Shown: positions 24,446-34,760 of the stretch, one piece after another
How the letters are laid out: each line of letters opens with the position of its first letter
Position numbering within the stretch: position 1 is the stretch's first letter
Assembly (NCBI GenBank): GCA_963715985.1
Contig: CAVQSP010000015.1
Coordinates: 64,001 to 128,000 of the forward strand
Origin: an uncultured Thermoleophilia bacterium
GTDB lineage: Bacteria; Actinomycetota; Thermoleophilia; UBA2241
DNA length: 64,000 nt
Reading direction: 5' to 3'
The notes under the pieces: generated by a model
The model's database searches: none
The model's input: the letters and a program-made list of their open reading frames with translations, nothing else
Told to the model about the DNA's origin: nothing
Program-made: the position numbers and the translations under genes

Positions 24446-25084
24446 CACGACGGGCGGCTTGTTGGCGAAGCTGGTCGTCGCCGCCTGCGGACTGATCCGG
24501 GACCAGACGTGCTCTGGAAGGACCGGTACGGCGGCAGCCGTCGTGAGCATGTCGGCCTTGGGGTGGTCGCACATGATCCTCACCGTGTAGTCATCCGTCG
24601 CTTCCACGCTGCGGATGCCGACGGTGTTCGCGGTGAAGATGCTCGTGCCACCGTCGATCACGTAGTTGTACGTGAAGGCGACATCTCTCGCGGTGACCGG
24701 ACCGTGGCCGTTCTGCCAAGACGCGGTGCGTCGCAGCGTGAAGGTCCAGACGGTCCCGTCCGGGCTCGTCGTCCAGTCGGTGGCGAGACTGCCCGCGTCA
24801 ACGCCCTTGCGCGGCTTCAGAGTGACCGGGTCGACGCCGACGAGCACGTCATAGTTCAGCGAGCGGATGAGATTGGACGTGACATTGTTGCCGAGGAGGG
24901 GGTTGAGGCTGTCCACGTCAACGATCAGCCCGACGCGGAGCGTGACCGTGCCCTCGGAAGGTAACGGGCTGACCGACGCTGACGCCACCGGTGAGAGTCC
25001 CATGTAGCAGCCTGCGAGCAGCAAGAGCAGAACGACGCGCACAGCAACGTCGCCCCGTGTGAGACGACGGGTTCGGATGTGCAT
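24435..25084 (-). pseudogene. N-terminal fragment of an ABC transporter substrate-binding protein (OppA/DppA family 5)
   Basis: Signal peptide, VDSLNP, LATDWTTSPDGTVWTFTLR, VTARDVAFTY, LPEHVW. Similarity ends at PPVVGS. Confidence 0.75.
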
Positions 25085-25338
25085 GTGACCCCTCCCGATC
25101 ACGACGTCGCCCTCGCGCCCGGCGGCGAGACTCACCCCCCTGCCGAGACCGACTCTACGCAGTCATCCCAGCCGGCACAAGACCCTCCGCCAGGGCGAAG
25201 ACCAAGCCATGGCGCGCGCCCTGTGAAGTGCAGGGGCTCAGCGCCCACCGGGGGTGCGACAGGCGGGAGCGGCCGCCGAGGGGCGGCGAACTAGGCGGCA
25301 CGGGACCAAGTGCTCGGCCCGTCTCGCGCGCGGTCCGC

Positions 25339-27580
25339 TCACTGCTGCTGCTTCGCCTCAAGCTGGCTGATGGCCTCGGCCACCCCCGCCTGGCCGGGGG
25401 CGCGCGCGTTCACGTCGAGCAGGATCTGGAGCGCCTCCGCGGTCTTGCCCTGGTCGTAGAGGAAGGTGGCCAGCTGCAGGGCAGCCTGACCGCCCATCGG
25501 GTCGATCTCGAGGCAATACCTCAGGACCTTCTCCGCCTGGGCCTTCTTGCCCTGGTCCCACAGCGCCCTGGCCATCTGCACGCGGATGGTGGTCCCGTAC
25601 GGCTCCACCTTGAGCCCCTGCGCGACCACGTCGAGGGCCTGCTGGTAGTAGCTCTTGTCGAACACCTGGCCGGCGATGGTGTAGAGCTCCGCCAGGGAGA
25701 CGTAGTCGTCGTACTCGTCGGGCACGAATGCGATGGCTTCCCTGAACGCGGCCTCCGCGTTGACGAACGCCTGCTTGGAGGCCTCGTAGTAGGGCGCCGT
25801 GTCCTCGCCGGCCTGCTGCGCCTTCGACCCCTCCTGCAGCAGCAGCTTGAGCTCCTCCATGTAGGCCACGCCCAGGCCCCAGCGATACGTCTGTGAGTAG
25901 GGGAAGAGCCGCACGGCGCGCTTCGCATCCTTGATGCGCTGCTCCGCGGAGCTCGAGGCCTGCGCCTTCATGTAGGCGTTGTCCGCCGCCAGCACCACGC
26001 CCTGGTAGCCGATGCCCACCACGCAGACCGCGAGGACGGCGGCGCCGGCCACCACGCCCCAGCGCGGCGCCCGCACCTCCACCAGCCTCGCCGTGGGCGC
26101 CAGCGCGACCGCGAGCGCGATCCAGAGCAGGAAGGTGACGCCGGTGACGGACACTCCGAACAGCAGCTGCACGAGGTAGCCCAAGGCCGCCGCCCAGAAC
26201 GCCCCGACGAGCAGGCGCCCGGCGTCGTCATCGCGCCGGAACACGGTGGAGAACGAGCGTACGCCCGCCCACACCACGACGCCGTAGAACATCAGCATGC
26301 CGGGCACGCCGATGCCCGTCGCGAGTTGCAGCGGGTAGTCATGCGCGTTGTCGGCCACCGAGAGGCCGCCGGCATCGCGCACGTACTCCACCGGCTTGAA
26401 CTTGGGGAACACCAGCCGGAACGTGTCGGCGCCCCAGCCCAGCAGCGGCCGCTCCTTGATGGCACTGCCGGCCGCCTGCCAGATCTCCGCCCGCGTCTGG
26501 CCGCTGCCGCTGTTGAACTGGAAGATGGACGCCAGCCGCTTGCCGAAGTTCATCACCTCGTTGGCGCTGGACAGGCTGCGGACGACGACGGCGATGCCGG
26601 CGGCCACGAAGACGCCCGCGGGGACGAGAGTCGACGCGGGCCAGATGGGCGCGTTGCCGCCAGGCCACCACACCGAGCACAACGAGAGCGACCGCACCAC
26701 CGATCCAGGCCCCGCGGGTGAAGGCCACGATGAGGGCCATGCCGTTGAGGCCGAACCCGATCCAGTACACGAGCCGCCAGCCCAGACGGCGCTCGAACAG
26801 GGCGAGCGCCAGCGCGATGGTGACCGAGAAGATGAGGAAGGCGCCCAGGAGGTCGGGGTTGCCGTAGGTGGAGAAGGCACGGTTGACCTCGAACGGCAGC
26901 GTGCCCCAGTCGAACGGGTCGCGACCCGCGTACTGCAGCAGACCGTAGACGGAGACGACGACACTGGACCAGAACAGGGCCTGCGCCAGCTTGAGCACAC
27001 GCGCCGTGCGGTCGGCGAACTGCAGGACGAGGAAGTAGATGAGGGCGTAGTTGACGAAGGAGAGCAGGCCTTCGTAGCGCCTGGGCTTACCGAACACCGC
27101 CGTGGGCGGATGCAACGACGTCACCGTGCTGAGCGCCACCCAGGCGAGAAGCGCGAGGATGAGCCAGTCGACGGGCGTGTGGCGCACCTTGCCGCCTCTG
27201 CGCAGCAAGTCCCAGGCCCATGCCCCGAGCGCGACCAGGCCGAGGATGCGCAGCAGCGACATCTTGACGATGTCGAAGGAGTCGTAGGTCAGGGGCAACG
27301 AGATGCCCAACGCCGTGAGGTTGCTCATGGCGATAGGCACGAGGACGACCATGGCCAGCAGCGACCACCAGGCCACGCGACGCGCGGCGCTCATGGGCTC
27401 GACGGCGGCGGGCGCGCCGGCGTCCCGGCGGGACGCGGCCGCATCGGGCGGGCGCGACGTCTCGCGGGTGGGCTTGGCGGAGGCAGCGGGAGCAGCGGCC
27501 GCAGCGGTCCGGCGGGCGCCCGACTGGCCTCCCGTGGACTGGCCGCCGCTCGCCCGCTTCTTCTTCCTGGACTTGGCCAC
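25339..27580 (-). CDS. O-antigen ligase/O-oligosaccharyltransferase family membrane protein with C-terminal TPRs (frameshift near 26640)
   Basis: RRYEG, STYGNPD, TRGAWIG, RAEIW...IKERPLLGWG, DNAHDYPLQ, then TPR-like helices. Confidence 0.88.
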
Positions 27581-27592
27581 CGCGCCCCTTCG

Positions 27593-28981
27593 TCACCTGG
27601 CTCCGCGCCCGGTGAGCACCACGCGCAGGGTCTCGGCCACGATCTGTGCGTCCATGGCCAGTGTCTGATGATACATGTAGATCAGGTCGTACTTGAGCTT
27701 GCGCTCAGGCGTGGTGGCGTACCCGCCGCTCACCTGTGCGAGCCCAGTGACGCCCGGCTTGACGTTGAAGCGCTCCCTGTAGCCGGGCGTCTCGGCGATG
27801 TACTGCTCGACGAAGAACGGGCGCTCGGGGCGCGGGCCCACGAAGCTCATCTCCCCCTTGATGATGTTCACCAGCTGAGGGATCTCGTCGAGCCGGTACC
27901 TGCGGAGAAGACGCCCGGGGCGAGTGACGCGTTCATCATCCGGCTCAGCCATGACGGGGCCACAGGCCGCCTCCGCGTCGCAGACCATGGTGCGGAGCTT
28001 GTGGATGCGGAAGGTCCGCTGATGACGCCCCACACGCTCCTGGGAGAAGAAGACGGGCAGTCCGTCGCTCGCGGCGATGGCGATGGCGGCGACGAGCAGC
28101 ACCGGGCTCGAGACGACCAGGAGCAGCAGGGCGGCGGCCACGTCGATGATGCGCTTGGCCGCCGCGTAGTAGCGCGGCACCGTGGCGTGCGTGATCTCCA
28201 TGAGAGGGACGTCGCCGACGATGGCGTCCACCGTGCCGATGAAGATCTCGTAGAGCTCGGGGACCACGTCCACGCGCACGTCGGCCTCGTCGGCGAGCAC
28301 GAGAGACTCGACGAGCTCACGCAGCGCCACGGGGCTGACCACGATGACCCGGTTGGCGCGGTGCTCGGCGGCGATCCGCGCCACGTCATCCGCCTTCCCG
28401 AGGATCGGGAACCCGGCGTCCGGCCCCCACCCGCCGTCCGGGCCGCCCGTCGCGAACGCCTCGGTGTCGGTGGCGAGGAGGCCGGTGACCTTCCAGCCCC
28501 AGTGACCGCGCGCCGAGACCTCGCGGGCAAGGTCGACGGCCGCCTCGGTCGTGCCCACGATGAGCACGCGCTGTTCCGGCCACTTGACCCGACCCACGCG
28601 CAGGAAGACCAGCCTCCAGCCGGTGAGGAGCGCCAGATCGAACACCCAGGCGATGAGGATCGTGGAGCGTGCAAACGAAGCCGTCCGTTCGCCGCCGAAG
28701 AAGGCGACAGCGGCCGTCAGCAGCGTGCCGAGCGTGACGGCCGCCACCGCCCCGCGCACCACCGCCCAGGCGGTGTCGGCGCGCTCGGGATCGTAAAGCC
28801 CATAGGTCCAGGCGCCGCCCAGGTACAGCACCGTGAGCAGCGGCGCCAGCAGCACGTATGCGTTGAAGTTGAACGACGGCAGCTGGCCCTCGAAACGCAG
28901 CAGGAAGGCCAGCACGAAACCGACGTTGACGAGCGCGGCGTCCACCGCCACGGAGAGGACGATGAAGGAGCGCCTGGACAT
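27593..28981 (-). CDS. Polyprenyl-phosphate glycosylphosphotransferase (initiating sugar transferase, WbaP/WsaP type)
   Basis: KRIID, QERVG, KLRTM, RLDEIPQL, GEMSFVGPRPERP, KPGVTGLAQV. Confidence 0.93.
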   Translation of the reverse strand: MSRRSFIVLSVAVDAALVNVGFVLAFLLRFEGQLPSFNFNAYVLLAPLLTVLYLGGAWTYGLYDPERADTAWAVVRGAVAAVTLGTLLTAAVAFFGGERTASFARSTILIAWVFDLALLTGWRLVFLRVGRVKWPEQRVLIVGTTEAAVDLAREVSARGHWGWKVTGLLATDTEAFATGGPDGGWGPDAGFPILGKADDVARIAAEHRANRVIVVSPVALRELVESLVLADEADVRVDVVPELYEIFIGTVDAIVGDVPLMEITHATVPRYYAAAKRIIDVAAALLLLVVSSPVLLVAAIAIAASDGLPVFFSQERVGRHQRTFRIHKLRTMVCDAEAACGPVMAEPDDERVTRPGRLLRRYRLDEIPQLVNIIKGEMSFVGPRPERPFFVEQYIAETPGYRERFNVKPGVTGLAQVSGGYATTPERKLKYDLIYMYHQTLAMDAQIVAETLRVVLTGRGAR

Positions 28982-30214
28982 CTAGCTTCGACTCCCGCAC
29001 GGGGCGGCGCTCGGGCGGCGCCTCACGCCCGGGCGGGCGACGTGCAGCGCGGCCGCCTCCCTGTAGACCGCGACGGTGCCGGCCACCATCCGCGGCACCG
29101 TGAACTCGCGGCGGGCGCGCCGCTGGGCCTGCTCGCCGAGACGCGCCCGCAGGGCGTCGTCCTCGAGCAGGCGCCGCAGGGCGCCCGTCAGCGCGGCCGG
29201 CTCTCCGGGCGGCACCACGAGCCCCGTCACACCGTCCCGGTTGGCGAACGGCACACCGGTGGGCAGCGACGTCGAGACGACCGGCGTGCCGGCGGCGTGC
29301 GCCTCGATCTGCACCAGCCCGAAGGCCTCGCTGCGCGCCACGCTGGGCAGGCACAGGAGGTCGGCGGCGTGGTACCAGGCGGCCAGCTCGCCGTCGTCCT
29401 GCGCGGGCAGGAAGGTGGTGCGGGCGCCCATGCCCAGCGACAAGGCCAGCGCCCGCAGGTCGTCCTCCAGCGGGCCGCGGCCGATCAGGACCAGGTCGGC
29501 ATCCACGCCGGCCATGGCCCGTACCAGCACGTCGGCTCCCTTGTAGTACACCAGGCGCCCCACGAAGAGCACCAGCGGGCGCCCGGCGTGCGCGGCGCGC
29601 ATCTGCGCCGCGCGCTCCCGCACGCCGGGCGCCGCAGTCAGCTTCGCCGCCGGCAGCCCGAACGGCACCACGCGGCACTTGCCGGCACGCGGCGCCAGGA
29701 ACGGGGAGTACTTCACCATGTCCGGCGACGACGTCACGATGAGGTCGACTCTATCGAGAAAGCGCTCCAGGAAGGGGGCGTACGCGGCGAGCAGGCGCCT
29801 CTGGCGGACGATGTCGCTGTGGTAGAGGACGACGCTGGGGACATCCGGACGGGCCATGAGGAATGAGAGTTCGCCCCACGGGTACGGGGCGTGGAAGTTG
29901 AGCACGTCTGGGCGGTCCGGCCGCCGGAGCTCCTCGCGCAGGGCCGCCGGCATGCCTGCGGCCACCGGCGCGGAGGACACCACGAGTCGCCTCGGCAGCC
30001 GCGTGACGCGCACCGCGCCCACGGTCTCTTCGAGAAGGCTGGGCCCCTCGTTGCACACCAGGGCGTGCACCGCGGCCCCGGCGTGTTCCACTAGACCCTC
30101 GGACAGCGTGCGCACGACGGTCTCCACGCCGCCGAGGTGCGGCGGCGAGTAGTACTTGTTGATCATCGTCACGCGCGGCGGGCGGCGGGCGCCCGGAGGG
30201 GAGCCGGCCGCCAT
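28982..30214 (-). CDS. Glycosyltransferase family 4
   Basis: GGVETV, YHSDI, FVGRLVYYKG, EAFGLVQIEA. Confidence 0.92.
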   Translation of the reverse strand: MAAGSPPGARRPPRVTMINKYYSPPHLGGVETVVRTLSEGLVEHAGAAVHALVCNEGPSLLEETVGAVRVTRLPRRLVVSSAPVAAGMPAALREELRRPDRPDVLNFHAPYPWGELSFLMARPDVPSVVLYHSDIVRQRRLLAAYAPFLERFLDRVDLIVTSSPDMVKYSPFLAPRAGKCRVVPFGLPAAKLTAAPGVRERAAQMRAAHAGRPLVLFVGRLVYYKGADVLVRAMAGVDADLVLIGRGPLEDDLRALALSLGMGARTTFLPAQDDGELAAWYHAADLLCLPSVARSEAFGLVQIEAHAAGTPVVSTSLPTGVPFANRDGVTGLVVPPGEPAALTGALRRLLEDDALRARLGEQAQRRARREFTVPRMVAGTVAVYREAAALHVARPGVRRRPSAAPCGSRS

Positions 30215-30284
30215 CACCCGTCCTGACGGCGCTTCGTGCGTCTGCTCACACCACGGCCCGAAGTCGACATGCGTTGCTCCGATG

Positions 30285-31373
30285 TCAACTCGCCAGCATC
30301 AGGGCTGGCTGAGTCGACGTTGTGGTTGCGGCAAGCATAGCATCCCGGCGCGCCTCGGCGGCGCGCAGAGCCCGCCAGACGGTGCGCGCCAGGTGACGCT
30401 TCAGGCAGCGAGAGCCTCGCGCTTGGTCTTGCCCTCAGCGCGTCTGCGCTCGAGGTAGACACGCGCCGGGTCGTGCATGCGTATCTGCGTGACGGCGATG
30501 CGGTGCAGGGCGCAGTTGAGGCGGCGGTTGCCGCGGCGGTTGAGGCGGTAGCGGTCACTCCTGCCGCTCGAGACCGGCACGGGGGCGACGCCGGCTGTGC
30601 ATGGCGAAGCGGGCCGCACTGCGCGAAGCGCGCCGCGCCCGCCGTCTCGCCGACGAGGCGCGGCAGCGGTGAGGCCGCCGCAGCCCAGGCAGGGCGAGCA
30701 GCTCAGGGGCGAGCGCACCGGCCATGGCGCCGACCTCGCCCTCCAGGGCGCGGATCTCGGCGTTGAGCGCGCGGCAACGGTCGGTCAGCTCGCGGGCGAT
30801 GCGCACCTGGATGCGCCCTCGAGGCCGCCCAGCTGCGCCTCGACGCGGTCGAGCCAGCGGGTGCTGCGCAGGGCCTTCGGCGGGACCTCGAGCGCCGATG
30901 CCGAGGTCGTGCAGATGCCAGCGCAGCCGTCCCTGGAGGCGGGTGCGCTCGGCCGACGAGGTCGTCGCGGTGGTCGGCCAGCAGGCGCAGCTCGCGCTCG
31001 GGGCCGGCGAGACAGCGCCGCGGGCAGGTCCGGCTCACGGAGCGCGGCGCGGGCGACGGCAGCAGCGTCGATCGGGTCGCTCTTGCCGCGGGTGCGCGCG
31101 CTACGGCGCACGCCGGCCATGAGCTTGGGGCGGCACACGCACGCAGCTCTCGCCGCGCTCCACGAGGAAGCGCTCGAGACGTCCGGAGACGTGGCGGCAG
31201 TCTTCGAGAGCGAAGCGGCGCTCGGGGGCGAGCGTGCGTGCCCAAGCCAAGAGGCGGCCATGGCCGCGATCCGTGGCCGGCACCGTGAACTCGCCGACGA
31301 GTTCTCCGGTCACCGCCTCGAGGGCCACCGCGGTGTGGCTCTTCTTGTGCGGGTCGATCCCGAGTACGATCAT
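30285..31373 (-). CDS. IS110 DEDD recombinase/transposase (several frameshifts)
   Basis: MIVLGIDPHKKSHTAV, FALED, GKSDPIDA, PVSSG, RLNRRGNRRLNCALH, GKTKREA. Confidence 0.9.
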
Positions 31374-31384
31374 CTCTGTCCCCT

Positions 31385-31610
31385 TTCGGTGCGCATCCCG
31401 AACTGCGGGACCGCCGGTGGACAGCTCTTGGTCGGGGCCTCTCAGCCAGGCTCCTATCAGGTCACGCCGGCGAACCTGCGGCAGGTGGCGGGGGACACAA
31501 CGCATGCTGGTCAGTCCCGTCGGACGACACGGAGCCTAGGAGTCACCCCGCCACCACGCTGCAGGCTACCCGATCGAGATCGGGAACCCTACGAGACAGA
31601 GCCTGACACC
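31385..31610 (-). ncRNA. Putative IS110 bridge RNA
   Basis: Noncoding leader with two stem-loops. Contains ATAGGAGC (compare right end ATCGGAGC) and CATGCGTTG, complementary to the right-junction sequence. Confidence 0.55.
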
Positions 31611-31763
31611 AACACGATTCTACGCGACAGGGAGCGACCCCGGCGAAGCGCGCCCTCCGGCAGCGGCGCGCCGGACGCCTCCCCCCGATACGAACGTGAG
31701 AGGATGTGGGTCGTGGACCGACTCCGCGGCAGCTCCGCGGACGAGCCCGGAGGGGACGTACTG

Positions 31764-32609
31764 GTGTTGACGGTCGACGCGATCGTGGTGAACCACAACA
31801 CGAGGGACCTGCTGCGCGCCAGCCTCACCTCCCTGCGCGCCTCGCGCCGGCCTCTCAGCCGCGTGCTCGTCGTCGACAACGCCTCGGTCGACGGCAGCGC
31901 GGAGATGGTGCGCACCGAGTTCCCCGAGGCCGGCCTCTTCCGCATGCGCGAGAACGTCGGCTTCGCGCGCGCCAACAACGTCGCCTTCGCCGAGACCTGC
32001 GCCGACGCCGTCCTGCTCCTCAACTCGGACGCCGAGATGGCCCCCGACGCCCTCGGCTGTCTGCTCGAGGAGCTGGAGCTTGACCCTTGCATCGGCGCCG
32101 CGGGTCCCCTGCTCGTGGGCACGGACGGCCGCATCCAGTACGAAGGCGGGCGGCGGGACCCGACGCTGGCCGGTGAGTTCGGCAACATCACCCACCTGAA
32201 CATGCGGCTGCCTCACAGCGCCCTCGGCCGCTACCTCATGAACGACTGGGACCACCGCTCCACCCGGGACGTCGACGTGGTGTCCGGAGCTTGTCTGCTC
32301 GTGCGCCGCGCGGCGCTCGGCGGGCGCCTGTTCAGCGAGGGCTTCTTCATGTACGCGGAAGACGTGGAACTCTGCCAGCGCCTGCGGGCCGCCGGCTGGC
32401 GCATCCGCTACGTGAGCGCGGCGGAGGTGGTCCATCACGGCGGCGCCACGTCGCGGCGGGCACGCACGAGGATGCGTGTGGCGGGCGTGGTCAGCATGGC
32501 CCAGCTCTTCCGGCGCACGCACGGCTCCCTCTACGCGGCCGCCTACACGGCCATGGTGCCTGTCGCCTGGCCCCTCGGGGCCGTCGTCCGCAGGGTGTGG
32601 CCGCAGTGA
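31764..32609 (+). CDS. Glycosyltransferase family 2 (rhamnosyltransferase-like)
   Basis: IVVNHN, VVDNASVDGS, NVGFARANN, LLNSD, SGACLL, FMYAEDVELC. Confidence 0.9.
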   Translation: MLTVDAIVVNHNTRDLLRASLTSLRASRRPLSRVLVVDNASVDGSAEMVRTEFPEAGLFRMRENVGFARANNVAFAETCADAVLLLNSDAEMAPDALGCLLEELELDPCIGAAGPLLVGTDGRIQYEGGRRDPTLAGEFGNITHLNMRLPHSALGRYLMNDWDHRSTRDVDVVSGACLLVRRAALGGRLFSEGFFMYAEDVELCQRLRAAGWRIRYVSAAEVVHHGGATSRRARTRMRVAGVVSMAQLFRRTHGSLYAAAYTAMVPVAWPLGAVVRRVWPQ

Positions 32610-33750
32610 GCGGCCGGCGCCTGCGCGTCCTGCTCGTCGCCGCCGCCGGCAGTACCACGGGCGGCGGCGAGAAGCACGTCGCCGACCTCCTCTCTGACCT
32701 GCCGCGGCACGGAGTCGACGTGGCGCTGGTGTGCCCGCACGAGGGCGACCTCGCCGGCCGCGCGCGCGCTCTGGGAGTGCCCGTCTTCACCGCGCCCATC
32801 GACGCCGGCTTCTCGCCGGCCAAGCTGCGCGCGGTGCATGCCGCGATAGCGGCCTGTTCCCCGACGTGGTGCACGCGCACGGGTCGCGAGCCGCGACCTT
32901 CGCCCGGCTCGCCGACCCTCAGGCCCGCCGGCGCGTCGTGTATCACGTGCACGGCGTCCACGTCGACAGGGCGGGATCCGCCGCCCGGCGCACCGCCCTC
33001 CTCGCGCTGGAGCGCTCGCTGAGGCCGCGCACGGCCCGCTTCGTCACCGTGTGCCACGCGGACGCGGCGCGCGGCTCACGTCTCGGATCGCTGTCGCCGG
33101 CGCGCACGCGCACCGTGCACAACGGCATCGCCTGGCCTCCGCCGCCGGCGATCGCCGGACGCTTTCGCGCCGAGCTGGGCGTCGATCCCGCGGCGCCCTC
33201 GTCCTCTCCGTCGGCCGCTTCCACGAGCAGAAGGACCAGACGACGCTGCTCCGCGCCTGGCGTCGCGTGGCGGACTCACAGCCTGACGCCGTGCTTGCTC
33301 TCGTGGGCTCCGGCGGCCTCGACGGTATGCTGCGCGAGCTCGCGGCCGCTCTGGGCATCGCGGGCAGCGTCCGGCTTCGTCGCCCCCCGCCCCGGCCTGG
33401 CGGAGGCCTACGCGGACGCCGACGTCTTCGCGCTCTCATCGCGCTGGGAGGGGCTCCCCTACGTGCTCCTCGAGGCCATGGCCCACGGCCTCCCGGTCGT
33501 GAGCACCGCGGTGGACGGCGTGCCCGAGGCCGTCACGGATGGCGGCACTGGCGTGCTGGTGCCGCCGGGGGACACGGATGCCTTCGGCCGCGCGCTCGAG
33601 TCGCTGCTCGCCGACCCGCAGCGCCGGCACAGGCTCGGCGAAGCCGGTAGGCAGCGGGTCTCCGGCGCCTTCGCGCTCGAGAGGATGGTCGACGAGCTGG
33701 TCGCCGTCTACCGGGACGTCGCGCGTGGGCGCGCCTCGGCGCGCGTCTGA
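32606..33750 (+). CDS. Glycosyltransferase family 4 (frameshifted)
   Basis: GGGEKHV, VHAHG, VGRFHEQKD, SRWEGLPYVLLEAMA, across different frames. Confidence 0.82.
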
Positions 33751-33801
33751 ACGGCGTCGCGGCGCAGGTGGGCCACCCGGCGCCGAGCCCGACTCGCCTG
33801 G

Positions 33802-34760
33802 CTAGCGAAGTCCTCTGCGGCGCAGAGCGTCGCCCACGCGACGCAGTGGTTCTGTGATCCTCCACGACGTGCTCTGCCGCATGGCCCGCAGCGAGCGCTC
33901 CAGATCCGCGATCCTCGCGCTCTCGTACGTGCTCCCCGCGTGCCCCGCACCCGCCGTCGTCCCCGTCCGCGACGGTGGCGGGAACCCGTCCTCCAGGAAC
34001 GTCCGGCCCGCTGTCAGGTAGCCTGACGACAGCTCGAAGTCGGCCGGCACGGCGGCCGACTCCCCTCTGTGGACCACGATGAACGCCGAGCTGACCTCGA
34101 CGGACTCCACGAGGTCGCCGCGCGAGGCGCTGAGCATGGCGAGCTCGAGAGCGATGCTCGTGAGAGCCGGCCTGTCCCGCCACGGCCCGCCGTCTTCCTG
34201 CCAACTGCCCGGCCAGTGCGCCCACGCCCAGTCCTCGATGATGTACGTGCCGCCGGGCCGCAGGTAGGGGAAGGTGGTGCTGAAGAGGGCCCGCGTCTCG
34301 TGCAGGTAGTGGCAGCCGTCGTCCACGATGAGGTCGATGGGCTCGCCGGAGAAGTGCTCGTCCACGGCCCGCAGCATCGCCTGCCGGTCGCTCTGGTCCA
34401 CGCCGTAGACGGCCCGCACCCTGTCCGCGCCGTGGATGCGTCGCACGTACTCTGTGAGTGCCGGGATCGGGGCGGCGACGATGTCCACGGCGACCAGCCG
34501 CTGCGGGTGCCAGAGCTCCTCGAAGAAGGCGACGCTGCCGCCCTTGAAGATGCCGACCTCGAGCACGGTCCGGGAGGGCGCGGCGCGAAACGACTCGCGT
34601 ACCACTCGATCATGGCCGGGGACTTCATCAGCACGAAGCGATCCGGCGTGGAGTCGAGATCGTGGCTGCGCTCATCGAACACGGCCGCGAAGGTGGTGCC
34701 GGCCGCCTGCAGCGTCGTCTCGTCGACCCAGGCGAGCCCGGCGGCCTGCAGGTCGCTCAT
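33802..34760 (-). CDS. Class I SAM methyltransferase (CmcI/Methyltransf_24-like; frameshift near 34600)
   Basis: LEVGIFKGGS, DLIVDDGCH, LRPGGTYIIEDW. C-terminal STSWRITEPLR motif typical of glycan-capping enzymes. Confidence 0.8.

Larger units (their letters stand above)
30276..31635 (-). mobile_element. IS110 family insertion sequence
   Basis: Transposase, right end TTGACATCGGAGC on the minus strand, about 250 bp structured 5' noncoding end with TAGAAT. No terminal inverted repeats. Confidence 0.85.
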
